A stretch of 64,000 nt of DNA, taken from Arcobacteraceae bacterium (GTDB lineage: Bacteria > Campylobacterota > Campylobacteria > Campylobacterales > Arcobacteraceae). The stretch lies in assembly GCA_963662945.1 (NCBI GenBank), contig OY759974.1:768001-832000 (forward strand), written 5' to 3'. The notes under the pieces are model-generated. The model did not search any database. It saw only the letters and a list, made by a program, of their open reading frames with translations, and was not told the origin of the DNA. Each line of letters opens with the position of its first letter. Positions within the stretch are counted from its first letter, which is position 1. Shown here in pieces: positions 1 through 9,818 of the stretch. The position numbers were made by a program, and so were the translations under genes.

Positions 1-956
1 TTCTCTTTTAAAACCCTTGCAAAACCATCTCTATTTTTACTTACTCTTATAATATATTGACTAAAAATATGTTCCTCATCAAATTCAGGAAGTGTAATAT
101 GTTTTAATCCTGCAAGTTTTTCATTATAAATTGCAGCTATCTCTTGTCTTCTTTCACAAAAGCTGTTTGTTTTATAAAATTGTGCAAGGTTAAAGGCAGC
201 TTCTATCTCAGTCATATCATATTTATAACCAATATCAACCACATCGTAAATATAATCTAAGTTACCAAATTCATCAAAACTACTATTAATAGCATGAGTT
301 CTTAGAAGTTTTGCTTGAGCTGCTAATTGCTCATCATTTGTAACAATAAATCCACCTCTACTAATAGCTGTTTTACTATTTGAATAATTTGTTGAAAAAA
401 TTGTCATATCAGCTTGCAGTGATCCTACCATTTGATCTTCATACATAGCACCCAATGCACTTGTAGCATCTTCTATTACTACTATGTCATATTTTTTCGC
501 TATTGCATAAATTCTATTTAAATCAGGAACTCCTCCACCAACAAAAGTTACCATTAGAGCTCGTAGTTTTTTACTATTATTTTCTTCTAAATATGCTTCT
601 AATTTATCAAGATCTATATTGAATCCATTTGCTTCAATATCTATAAAAATAGGTTCAGCATCAAAGTGTCTTACTGTTTCAGGAAGATTTACAAAAGAAT
701 TTACACTCATTAAAACTTTATCTGCTCGTTTTAATTCCATAGCACTTAAAGCTAAATGTAAAGCAGAAGTTGCATTATTTGTTGCTATTGCATATTTTGC
801 ACCTATAAAACTTTGTAACTCCTCTTCAAGTTCTTCAACTTTACTTGTCATTCCTGTTTCTAAATTAAGTACAGATTGAACTTGATCTCGTTCCTCTTCA
901 TCTATTGTTGGTCTAAAAAAAGGTATTGTTTTTTTATTTTTTACATTTTTTATCAT
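1..956 (-). CDS. DegT/DnrJ/EryC1/StrS family PLP-dependent aminotransferase (runs off window start)
   Basis: Hand translation from ATG at 956: MIKNVKNKKTIPFFRPTIDEEE...AIATNNATSALHLAL...VIEDATSALGA...GYKYDMTEIEAA; frame open to the window edge. Not in the ORF track. Confidence 0.85.
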   Translation of the reverse strand, partial: MIKNVKNKKTIPFFRPTIDEEERDQVQSVLNLETGMTSKVEELEEELQSFIGAKYAIATNNATSALHLALSAMELKRADKVLMSVNSFVNLPETVRHFDAEPIFIDIEANGFNIDLDKLEAYLEENNSKKLRALMVTFVGGGVPDLNRIYAIAKKYDIVVIEDATSALGAMYEDQMVGSLQADMTIFSTNYSNSKTAISRGGFIVTNDEQLAAQAKLLRTHAINSSFDEFGNLDYIYDVVDIGYKYDMTEIEAAFNLAQFYKTNSFCERRQEIAAIYNEKLAGLKHITLPEFDEEHIFSQYIIRVSKNRDGFARVLKE

Positions 957-969
957 CTCTTCTCCCCTT

Positions 970-1746
970 TTATTTATTAAAATCTATATTCGCTATTGTA
1001 GGAAGTTTTCCTTTAAAAGCATTCGAAACCATTCTGTACTCTAACATATGGATTAACTTTTCATCTACACCATTTAAAATTAAATCTTCTTTACTTTTAC
1101 CATTATCTACAAGCTCTTTTAAAACATCATCCATAGTTTTATAAGAATACCCAAGTTCCTCTTCATCACTTTGACCTTCCCATAAATCAGCGCTTGGTTT
1201 TTTATTGATTATTGACTCAGGCACACCTAAAAATCTTGCGAACTCAAACTCATCACTTTTATACATTTGACCAATTGGATTTATAGCACAAGCTGTATCT
1301 CCAAACAATGTTCCATATCCTAAAAGTATTTCTGATTTATTTGATGTTCCTACAACTAAAGCATTTTCCCTAGCACTTATATCATATAAAACTGACATTC
1401 TCATTCTAGCACTAAAATTTCCCATTCGTAAAGCTGATGCTTCAGGCATATGATCAAAATACCCTTTTACCATAGGTGCTATTTCAACAACCTCATAAGA
1501 GATATTAAATTTATCACAGAGTTCTTTGGCATCAACGATACTTGCGTCACTTGAAAAATGAGATGGTAAAAAAACACCATGTACATTATCACCAAAAGCT
1601 TCTTTACAAAGAACTGCAACTATAGCAGAGTCCAGTCCACCGCTAATACCTACAACAACTTTTTTTAATCCGATATTTGATACTTCATTTTTAAGAAAAC
1701 TAATCATTTGTTCTTTTATTGACTTATAGTTCATATCAATCCTCAT
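970..1746 (-). CDS. nadE: NH3-dependent NAD+ synthetase
   Basis: VVGISGGLDS PP-loop, GNFSARMRM, GTSNKSE, KKPSADLW; start may be the Met at 1734. Confidence 0.95.
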   Translation of the reverse strand: MRIDMNYKSIKEQMISFLKNEVSNIGLKKVVVGISGGLDSAIVAVLCKEAFGDNVHGVFLPSHFSSDASIVDAKELCDKFNISYEVVEIAPMVKGYFDHMPEASALRMGNFSARMRMSVLYDISARENALVVGTSNKSEILLGYGTLFGDTACAINPIGQMYKSDEFEFARFLGVPESIINKKPSADLWEGQSDEEELGYSYKTMDDVLKELVDNGKSKEDLILNGVDEKLIHMLEYRMVSNAFKGKLPTIANIDFNK

Positions 1747-1911
1747 CTTTTAAATATTGAACGATTATAGCAAATTTATTATTAATCCTAAAAGATTATT
1801 TAACAATAAAGTAAGTAGTATTCAACAGTGCTTCATATTGTACTGTTAGTATATCTTTTTAAGAATAGTCGCAGTACAATATAAGAATAGATTATTTCAT
1901 GAGGTTTATAA

Positions 1912-3735
1912 ATGACAGAGAGTATTTTTTACAAAAAACTCATTACCCCGATTATTGTAAGCATATTATTAATAGCTTTAGTGTTTTTAGGGTTTTATCC
2001 AAATATTAGTATGATATTAGGTGGTATTGCTTTATTCTTAATTGGTATGGAGTACATGGAAAATGGATTTAGAACTTTTAGTGGTGGTATGATAGAACAA
2101 GTTTTAGAAAAATTTACAAATACCACACCAAAAGCTATTACTACTGGTTTTATTGCAACAGCAATCATACAAAGTTCAAGTTTGTTATCTGTCATTATTA
2201 TCTCTTTTTTAAGTGCAGAACTTATTACTTTAGCTTCAGCGATTGGTATAATATTTGGTTCTAATATAGGTTCAACTACAACAGCTTGGCTTGTATCTAT
2301 GTTTGGACTTAAAATCAAAATTTCAGCTTATGCAATGCCTATGATAGTTATGGGAATTGTAATTCCTATTTTTCTTAAAGATAAAGCTTGGAAAGGAATT
2401 GCCTCTATTCTTATTGGTTTAGGAGTTATTTTCCTTGGTATTGGATATATGAAAGATGGTTTCGAAGTTTTAAAAGAAGGAATGAATCTAGCAGAATATG
2501 CAATGGGCGGATATGTTGGTGTATTTGTTTATGTATTAGTAGGTGCAGTTGCAACAGTAATTATACAATCAAGTGCCGCTACAATGGCAATTGTAATTAC
2601 AGCTCTTGCTACTGGACAAATCGAGTATGCAAATGCGTTGGCACTTGCTATTGGAGCTAACTTAGGAACAACGGTAACAGCTGTTCTTGCCTCGTTAAAA
2701 TCAAATGAGAATGGTAAGAGATTAGCAATGGCTCACTTTATATTTAATATGATTACAGGCGTTATTGCAATTGCTTTTATATATCAACTTACAGATTTAG
2801 TTGATTATATTTCTAAATTAATCGGAATTAGACTTGAAGATTATGCTATGAAATTGGCCTTATTCCATACAATCTTTAATATAGTTGGTGTAGTAGTTGT
2901 ATCACCATTTATAAAATATCTTGTTGAGTTTCTTAATAAACTTTTCATACCAAAAAATATTGAAGTTGGAAAAGCAAAATATTTAGACAACTCTATTCTT
3001 ACTATTCCAGAAGTAGCTATGAGTGCAATTACTAAAGAGGTGCAACACTTATTTCAAAATGGTTTTAAAATCATTATCCATGGTATCAATATTAAGAAAA
3101 AGAACCTTCATTCAGATATGGACTTAAAGCAAGTTATTAAAGACACTTATTCTAATGAATATATAGATATTGATGCATTTTATAGATATAAAGTAAAAGG
3201 TATTTATGGACAAATTATTGATTTTGCTACAAGAGCACAGGGTAATATGAATGCTGAAGATAATGCACATAATCTAGAACATCTTTATAAACTAAAAGTT
3301 GCAGCTAGAGATATTGTTGAGGCAGTAAAAGATACAAAACATCTTCAAAAAAATCTCAAAAAATATGCTAAAAGCAAAAATATGTATGTGAAAGAACAGT
3401 ATGATCAACTAAGAGAAGACTTAGCAACACTTCTTAGGGATATTGACTCGCTTTTATATGTGAAAGAACAACATGAAATTGTATTAATACTTTCAAAAGC
3501 AAAAGTCCATTCACAAAAATATGATATGCTTGCAAATGGAAGACTAGATAATCTTATTAGAGAAAACCTCATCACAGCAGAGATGGCAACATCGTTGATG
3601 AATGACAGTACTTATGCTTATGATATAAGTAAAAACCTTATAGATATGGCTGAAGTTATCTTCGTAGACAACAATTTGGCAAACAATATTTTAGTAGATG
3701 ATGATGATATAGATGATTTACTAAACCAAGAATAA
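1912..3735 (+). CDS. Na+/phosphate cotransporter family protein with PhoU-like C-terminus
   Basis: Duplicated QSSS/QSSA and GSNIGST/GANLGTT motifs, multiple TM helices, helical soluble C-terminus. Confidence 0.88.
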   Translation: MTESIFYKKLITPIIVSILLIALVFLGFYPNISMILGGIALFLIGMEYMENGFRTFSGGMIEQVLEKFTNTTPKAITTGFIATAIIQSSSLLSVIIISFLSAELITLASAIGIIFGSNIGSTTTAWLVSMFGLKIKISAYAMPMIVMGIVIPIFLKDKAWKGIASILIGLGVIFLGIGYMKDGFEVLKEGMNLAEYAMGGYVGVFVYVLVGAVATVIIQSSAATMAIVITALATGQIEYANALALAIGANLGTTVTAVLASLKSNENGKRLAMAHFIFNMITGVIAIAFIYQLTDLVDYISKLIGIRLEDYAMKLALFHTIFNIVGVVVVSPFIKYLVEFLNKLFIPKNIEVGKAKYLDNSILTIPEVAMSAITKEVQHLFQNGFKIIIHGINIKKKNLHSDMDLKQVIKDTYSNEYIDIDAFYRYKVKGIYGQIIDFATRAQGNMNAEDNAHNLEHLYKLKVAARDIVEAVKDTKHLQKNLKKYAKSKNMYVKEQYDQLREDLATLLRDIDSLLYVKEQHEIVLILSKAKVHSQKYDMLANGRLDNLIRENLITAEMATSLMNDSTYAYDISKNLIDMAEVIFVDNNLANNILVDDDDIDDLLNQE

Positions 3736-3744
3736 AAGGAAAAT

Positions 3745-3996
3745 ATGATGGGAATAAAAAAATTTATCAAATCTATCAAAGATGCTTTTGATATAAAAGT
3801 ATCAAAAAAAGAGGGTAAAAAAGCAAAAATCAAAGAACTGATTCGAGAACTTAAAACTAAACGAAGAGAGATTAAAGAAAAAATAGAAGATACAAATAAC
3901 AAACATAAATTAGAAGATTTAGAAGAAGATTTTGAGATTATAAAGCTTCAAATTAAAAAAAGTAAAAAAATTCTTCGGAATTTAAATAATGACTAA
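3745..3996 (+). CDS. Small Lys/Glu-rich coiled-coil hypothetical protein
   Basis: AAGGA RBS; 9 bp after the cotransporter and overlapping the next gene. Confidence 0.6.
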   Translation: MMGIKKFIKSIKDAFDIKVSKKEGKKAKIKELIRELKTKRREIKEKIEDTNNKHKLEDLEEDFEIIKLQIKKSKKILRNLNND

Positions 3997-4213
3997 AGTT
4001 CTTTTAGTTTGTTTTTTCTTTATACAAGCTGCTTATTGTGTAAACTATAGTGAGATGAGTACGCAAGAACTTCTTGCTATTATGGGATATGTTAAACCTG
4101 AAAATCAATCCAAATTTTTACAAGAACTAGAGAGTCGTAAAAAAAGTATGACTACTCAACAAAAAGAAATTTATAATAAAAACAAACAAAAAATAGACAA
4201 AAAAGAAAAATGA
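3989..4213 (+). CDS. Small exported protein, probably DUF1104 family
   Basis: Signal peptide then YSEMSTQELLAIMGYVKPENQSKFLQELESR, resembling Campylobacterota DUF1104 proteins (from memory). Confidence 0.6.
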   Translation: MTKVLLVCFFFIQAAYCVNYSEMSTQELLAIMGYVKPENQSKFLQELESRKKSMTTQQKEIYNKNKQKIDKKEK

Positions 4214-4875
4214 AAAGCAAAATACTTCTTCTAGAAGATGATGTTAGTTTAAGTCAAACATTAGAAGAGTTTCTAGATGATAACAATTTTGAAGTTGTAT
4301 GTGCATATGACGGTAAAGAAGCTCAAGAGATTATTTATGAACAAAACTTTGATTTGTTTTTGTTAGATGTAAATGTACCACACATTGATGGTTTTACATT
4401 ATTAAAAGAACAAAGAGAAAACAATATCACTACACCTGCTATTTACATAACATCTTTAAACTCTATAGACTCTCTTGAACTTGGTTATAAAAGTGGTGCT
4501 GATGATTATATAAGAAAACCATTTGAACTCAAAGAATTGCTATTTCGAGTTGAAACTATTTTAAAAAGGGGATATTTTCATAATACTTCACACAATGTTG
4601 AAATTGATAAAAATATATCGTTTGATATTGATACGGATTTACTTCTTGTAAAAGGTGAAAAAATACAACTCAATACAAAAGAGATAAAACTTTTAAAACT
4701 TTTTTTACAAAATCAAAACATACCATTGTCTCATGAAAAAATATATGATACACTTTGGGAATATGATGAAACACCTAGCGAAACATCGTTACGTACATAT
4801 ATAAAAGTTTTGCGAAAATATATAGGGAAAGAAAAAATTGTTAGTATTAAAAAACTTGGATATAGATTTAATTAA
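4210..4875 (+). CDS. OmpR/PhoB-family response regulator (DccR/CrdR-like)
   Basis: LLLEDD, LLDVNVP (phospho-Asp), GADDYIRKPF, winged-helix SLRTYIKVLRK...KLGYRF. Confidence 0.92.
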   Translation: MKSKILLLEDDVSLSQTLEEFLDDNNFEVVCAYDGKEAQEIIYEQNFDLFLLDVNVPHIDGFTLLKEQRENNITTPAIYITSLNSIDSLELGYKSGADDYIRKPFELKELLFRVETILKRGYFHNTSHNVEIDKNISFDIDTDLLLVKGEKIQLNTKEIKLLKLFLQNQNIPLSHEKIYDTLWEYDETPSETSLRTYIKVLRKYIGKEKIVSIKKLGYRFN

Positions 4876-6025
4876 AAAAGAAAAAAAAACACTTTTTAGT
4901 TTTTTAGCTTTATACTCTTTTTTAACCATAATTATTATAGCTACTATATCATTTTTATATTATAACTTTCAAAAAGACTTAATGCTTCAAGAAAAAAGAG
5001 TAGTTTTAGAAGACTATTCAAATGACTTAATCACTATTATAAAATATATGCATCTTAATTTTGAAACACAAAAAGATTATCCAAGAGATGGAAGATTTGA
5101 ATCAGCTATTTATGATAGTGATAAAACACAAATATTTTCAACTTTACAATCAAAACAAATAGAATTTGATAAATCTATCTATTTAACAGAAAATAAAATT
5201 CACTTTATCAATCAACCTGAATCTTATTATTTAGGTGCAAAATATATTATAATAGAGGTAAATGATAATAAACTTTGGCTAGATAAAGTCAAACATAATA
5301 TTCTCATATATGGAAGTTTAGCTTTTATTTTTATGACTATTATTGGATATTTTTTATTGCAACTTTTTTTAAAACCACTCAAAGACGCACTTCATTTACT
5401 TGATAGATTTATAAAAGATACAACCCATGAACTCAATACTCCTGTAAGTACGATTGTTACTAATATTGAGATGATTGATAAAACATCTCTTGATGAAAAA
5501 CTGCTAAAAAAAATCAATCGTATTGATATTGGTGCAAGAACAATTTCAAATATCTATCAGGATTTAACTTATCTAACTCTTAACAATAAAATCATCTCTC
5601 AAAATGAAAATCTCAATATCACTGAAACTATCAAACAAAGAGTAGAATACTTTAAAACTCTTGCTAATATAAAAAAAATCAAAATCAATACCTCTTTAGA
5701 AAATGATATAATCCTCTATATTGATAAAATAAAATTCAGTAAACTTATTGATAATCTTCTATCAAATGCGATTAAATACAATATTATTAATGGAACAATC
5801 AATATTGTCTTAACAAAAAATTCTATAACTATAAGCAATACAGGACAAGGAATAAAAAAAGAGCAAATCAAAAAAATGTTTGATAGATACAGTAGATTTG
5901 ATAAAAGTGTTGGTGGATTTGGAATTGGACTTAATATTGTCACAATGATTGCAAACGAATATAATCTTCAAATTGATATAAGTTCCATAGAAAATCAAGA
6001 AACAAAGGTAATAGTCTCATGGTAA
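4856..6025 (+). CDS. Membrane sensor histidine kinase (DccS/CrdS-like)
   Basis: Two TM segments, H-box DTTHELNTP, N-box NLLSNAIKYN, G-boxes NTGQGI and GFGIGL; TTG start at 4856 or 4838 overlaps the regulator. Confidence 0.92.
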   Translation: MDIDLIKKEKKTLFSFLALYSFLTIIIIATISFLYYNFQKDLMLQEKRVVLEDYSNDLITIIKYMHLNFETQKDYPRDGRFESAIYDSDKTQIFSTLQSKQIEFDKSIYLTENKIHFINQPESYYLGAKYIIIEVNDNKLWLDKVKHNILIYGSLAFIFMTIIGYFLLQLFLKPLKDALHLLDRFIKDTTHELNTPVSTIVTNIEMIDKTSLDEKLLKKINRIDIGARTISNIYQDLTYLTLNNKIISQNENLNITETIKQRVEYFKTLANIKKIKINTSLENDIILYIDKIKFSKLIDNLLSNAIKYNIINGTINIVLTKNSITISNTGQGIKKEQIKKMFDRYSRFDKSVGGFGIGLNIVTMIANEYNLQIDISSIENQETKVIVSW

Positions 6026-6348
6026 AAAAAATCATACTGCTTATTCTCATTTCAAATATTATGTTTGGAGAGATTTATCAAACAAACTGTCTTCCTTGCC
6101 ATAAAAAAATTGATGTAACGTTAGAAAAGCTTTTTTTTAGATATCTTTTAAAACATAGTAGTGAAAAAAATATCAAAAAATCACTCATAGCCTATTTAAA
6201 AAATCCAACAATGAAAACAACTATTATGCCTGAAGCATTCATTAAAAGATATGGTATTAAGAAAAAAACAACTTTAAATGATGAAGAGTTACAAAAAGCT
6301 ATAGATATTTATTGGGATACATACAAAGTTTTTGGAAAACTCAAATAA
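6019..6348 (+). CDS. Putative exported monoheme c-type cytochrome
   Basis: Signal peptide, CLPCH heme motif, candidate axial Met in IMPEAF. Confidence 0.7.
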   Translation: MVKKIILLILISNIMFGEIYQTNCLPCHKKIDVTLEKLFFRYLLKHSSEKNIKKSLIAYLKNPTMKTTIMPEAFIKRYGIKKKTTLNDEELQKAIDIYWDTYKVFGKLK

Positions 6349-6357
6349 ATTTCATAC

Positions 6358-6389
6358 TTCACAATCACTCCACAATTTTCTTTTATACT
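6358..6389 (+). promoter_or_regulatory. DccR-type direct repeat plus -10 box upstream of cytochrome c553
   Basis: TTCACA (6358-6363) N5 TCCACA (6369-6374) N9 TATACT (6384-6389). Confidence 0.55.
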
Positions 6390-6418
6390 TCTTATTATAA
6401 AACAAAAAGGAGTTCAAA

Positions 6419-6715
6419 ATGAAAAAGATAATTGCAACAGTGGCACTAATAGCTACAACAAGTTTATTCGCAAACGGTGGAGATGTTCTTTATAAAAAAT
6501 GTGTTGGTTGTCATGGAGTTAAAGCTGAAAAAGCAGCATTGGGAAAATCAAAAATTGTAGCAAATATGTCAAAAGAAGAGATTGTAAAAGCTTTACAAGG
6601 ATACAAAGATGGCACTTATGGTGGAGCTATGAAAGGGATTATGAGAGGACAAGTTGCTAGTCTTGAAACAAAAGATTTTGATGCACTTGCTGAAGACATA
6701 ATAAACAATAAATAA
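6419..6715 (+). CDS. Cytochrome c553-like class I cytochrome c
   Basis: AAGGAG RBS, signal peptide, CVGCHG, YGGAMKGIM axial Met region. Confidence 0.92.
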   Translation: MKKIIATVALIATTSLFANGGDVLYKKCVGCHGVKAEKAALGKSKIVANMSKEEIVKALQGYKDGTYGGAMKGIMRGQVASLETKDFDALAEDIINNK

Positions 6716-6719
6716 ACTA

Positions 6720-6757
6720 AAACACCTATAGATTTTATCTATAGGTGTTTGTTTTTT
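6720..6757 (+). terminator. Rho-independent terminator
   Basis: AAACACCTATAGAT-TTT-ATCTATAGGTGTTT 14-bp stem followed by a T-run. Confidence 0.85.
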
Positions 6758-6864
6758 ATACATCTGTCTAAATTTAAAAAAAGTTCAAAGTTTCATATCT
6801 CTTTACTCTCATTTTTAATACTATTTTTTATATAATATCTCAATATTCAAGAAGAGGAAGATTT

Positions 6865-7932
6865 ATGAATAATGCACTTTCAATAGAGCTTTTTAGGTTT
6901 AATCACAAAACAGATTATTTACCTTATTATAAAAAATATCAAACAACATATAATGAAAACACAACAGTTTTAGACTTATTAAATACTCTGAACAAAAATG
7001 AAAAATTTTGTTTTGATGGTATAGAACATTTTGGAATCAAAATAAACAATATTTTTGTAAAAACAACTGATTTAGTAAATAGAATTGTATTAGCGACATC
7101 AAATGATTTAATAATAGAACCAGTAAGTAACTATAGAGCTATCGAAGATTTAAAAATCAATAATGATGATTTTTTTGAAAAAATTAGTATATTTGATAAA
7201 TATTTATCTAAAGAACAAAAAGAGGAATATACTACAAAATTACAATTTGAATATTATTCTTCAAATACACTCAATATCAATAAAGAGTATATTGGAGATC
7301 ACTGTGTAATTATTGCAAGTGATTTAATGGCACAAAATCCTGAACTAAAAAATGAAATAATACAGTTAATTAGCAATACAAATAATGGTGTATGGTACAG
7401 TACTTCAAAAGATAATAGAATCTTGAATATCAATACAACATATAAAAATCAAATCGATACAATGATACAAGAAGTAACAAAGTATCAAACAAATAATACT
7501 ACTTATGAAGAAAATATTACAGATACAATAGCACAAAAATTCACTAACTTTAATATAGCTGTTTATGACACAATAGATACCCTGACATTAAAAAAAGCTA
7601 TTCTTAACAGTGAAGCAAAATACATAGATATTGTATCCAAAAATGATGATTTAGCACTTCACAGTCAAGTAGTAAATAAAACATTTTCTTATAAGATTGC
7701 AGGAAATATTTTACTTGAAGCAAAGGATAACAATGCTGATTTCATAGTTGTAAAAAGTGAAGATGCTTTTAAATTATTTGATAATAAACAAAAAGATATT
7801 GAAAAAACTATAGGAAGAGATATTCAACTTCCAGTTATTACACTTACACAATTTAATAACATATTACAAGGTGAAAAAGATGCTAAAACTCTAGGTTTTA
7901 ATAACCATAAAGTAGCTGTTTCATTTTTATAA
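6865..7932 (+). CDS. Hypothetical protein with SdhB-like N-terminus and SdhE/HdrB-like C-terminus, lacking Fe-S cysteine motifs
   Basis: ELFRFNHKTDYLPYY matches the neighbouring SdhB KVFRFNKDTDYLPHY; C-terminal AKDNNADFIVV...LPVITLTQ...LGFNNHKV matches SdhE AIDNNADMMVT...IAVLHLPQ...LGLNHNV. Confidence 0.7.
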   Translation: MNNALSIELFRFNHKTDYLPYYKKYQTTYNENTTVLDLLNTLNKNEKFCFDGIEHFGIKINNIFVKTTDLVNRIVLATSNDLIIEPVSNYRAIEDLKINNDDFFEKISIFDKYLSKEQKEEYTTKLQFEYYSSNTLNINKEYIGDHCVIIASDLMAQNPELKNEIIQLISNTNNGVWYSTSKDNRILNINTTYKNQIDTMIQEVTKYQTNNTTYEENITDTIAQKFTNFNIAVYDTIDTLTLKKAILNSEAKYIDIVSKNDDLALHSQVVNKTFSYKIAGNILLEAKDNNADFIVVKSEDAFKLFDNKQKDIEKTIGRDIQLPVITLTQFNNILQGEKDAKTLGFNNHKVAVSFL

Positions 7933-7940
7933 AAAATTTT

Positions 7941-7968
7941 CAATGAAAAGTATTTTTACTTTTCATTG
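7941..7968 (+). terminator. Stem-loop after 6865..7932
   Basis: CAATGAAAAGTA-TTTT-TACTTTTCATTG, perfect 12-bp stem; weak U-tract. Confidence 0.55.
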
Positions 7969-8096
7969 CTTCAATTTGTAACAAGGTATTTAACACTTTT
8001 TACACACTAATCAAATATTTAATAAACTTATATATAAAACTTCTGTAGAATAATTCTAAATTAATTTTTATCCAAAACAATTCAAAAGGAACAAAT

Positions 8097-9812
8097 ATGA
8101 GTATTCCAATTCATAAATACGACGTTGTTATTGTTGGTGCAGGACTTGCGGGATGTGCTGCGGCTAGAGAAGCTGCGCATGCTGGTTTAAGTGTATGTGT
8201 ACTAACAAAACTTCATCCACTAAGAAGCCACTCAGGTGCAGCGCAAGGTGGTATCAATGCAGCTTTAAGTGCAGAAGATACTGTTGAGCTCCATGAGTTT
8301 GACACAGTGAAAGGGTCTGATTATTTAGGTGATCAAGATGCGATTAAACTTATGTGTGAAAAGGCTCCTGAAACAATTAGATGGGCTGAACGAATGGGGG
8401 CAGTTTTTTCTAGAAACGAAGAGGGTAAAATAGCACAAAGACCATTTGGAGGTCAAAGTAAACCAAGAGCCTGTTATGCAAAAGATAGAACAGGTTTAAC
8501 ACTTCTTCAAACAATTTATGAACAAGCACACAGAGATGGTGTTGATTTTAAAGATGAATATTACGTATCAGATTTAATTTATGAAGATGGAAAAGTAAAT
8601 GGTGTATTTGCTTTTGATTTAGTAGATAGCAAACCTATGATTTTCAACGCACGAGCTGTTATGTTTGCAACTGGTGGATATGGTAGAGCATTTAGAATTA
8701 ACTCAAATGCACATGCAAATACTGGTGATGCATTAAGTATTGTTGCACGTCACGGTCTACCATTAGAAGATATGGAATTTGTACAATTTCATCCAACAGG
8801 AATTGCTGGAAGTGGTGTACTTATTTCTGAAGCAGCACGTGGTGAAGGTGGAATCCTTTACAACTCTTTAGGTGAGAGATTTATGGAAAAATATGCTCCA
8901 AACAAACTTGAACTAGCTTCTAGAGATGTTGTATCAAGAGCAATAACAAAAGAGATATTAGAAGGTAGAGGATGTGGTGAAAATAAAGACCATGTACTTA
9001 TTGACTTAACGCATCTTGGTGAAAAAATCATTATGGAAAGATTGCCAGAGCTTAGAGATTTAGCTATTACTTTCTTAGGTCAAGATATGATAAAAGAACC
9101 AATCTCTATTGCTGCAACTGCGCACTATTCAATGGGTGGAATTCCAGTAAATAAAGATGGACATGTAAGAAAAAATACAAAAGAATTTGTAGAAGGTTTT
9201 TATGCAGCTGGCGAGTGTAGTTGTGTAAGTGTTCATGGAGCAAATAGACTTGGAGCAAACTCAGTACTTGAAGCTTTATTTTTTGGAAGACATGTAGGTC
9301 AAACTATTGTTAAAGATGTAAAAGCTGGAATACCTTTTAAAGATGCAAAAGTAGAAGATGCAATGCCAGCACTTAACAGAATTGAAGCTATTAGAACATC
9401 AAGTGGAAATGAAAAAGTTCCTAATTTACGAACTGAATTACAACAAGGTATGACAGATAATGCTGGTGTATTTAGAACAGAATCTTCTCTTTTAAAACAA
9501 CAAGAAAATATCAAACAATTAAAAGAAAGATTTAAAAATATTAGAATTGATGACAAATCAAAAATATATAATACTGATCTTCAAGAAGCAATAGAATTTA
9601 GTCATATGTTAGATTATAGTGCATTTATCGTTGATGGAGCAATTCATAGAAAAGAGAGTCGAGGTGCACATTATAGAGAAGAATATCAAACAAGAGATGA
9701 TGAAAACTTCTTAAAACACACTATGGCTTATATGGATAAAGAGGGTAATATTACTACAGAATATATGGATGTTGTAATGGGTTACTTTGAACCTCAAGAG
9801 CGAACATACTAG
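8097..9812 (+). CDS. sdhA: Succinate dehydrogenase/fumarate reductase flavoprotein subunit
   Basis: GAGLAG FAD motif, [10 protein letters not shown] covalent-FAD His, [28 protein letters not shown]. Confidence 0.95.
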   Translation: MSIPIHKYDVVIVGAGLAGCAAAREAAHAGLSVCVLTKLHPLRSHSGAAQGGINAALSAEDTVELHEFDTVKGSDYLGDQDAIKLMCEKAPETIRWAERMGAVFSRNEEGKIAQRPFGGQSKPRACYAKDRTGLTLLQTIYEQAHRDGVDFKDEYYVSDLIYEDGKVNGVFAFDLVDSKPMIFNARAVMFATGGYGRAFRINSNAHANTGDALSIVARHGLPLEDMEFVQFHPTGIAGSGVLISEAARGEGGILYNSLGERFMEKYAPNKLELASRDVVSRAITKEILEGRGCGENKDHVLIDLTHLGEKIIMERLPELRDLAITFLGQDMIKEPISIAATAHYSMGGIPVNKDGHVRKNTKEFVEGFYAAGECSCVSVHGANRLGANSVLEALFFGRHVGQTIVKDVKAGIPFKDAKVEDAMPALNRIEAIRTSSGNEKVPNLRTELQQGMTDNAGVFRTESSLLKQQENIKQLKERFKNIRIDDKSKIYNTDLQEAIEFSHMLDYSAFIVDGAIHRKESRGAHYREEYQTRDDENFLKHTMAYMDKEGNITTEYMDVVMGYFEPQERTY

Positions 9813-9818
9813 GAGATA

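Noticed and set aside
7978-8021. TTAACA-N5-TACACA upstream of sdhA as a sixth regulon site
   Set aside because: The second half-site is degenerate and there is no -10-like hexamer at the 9-nt spacing.
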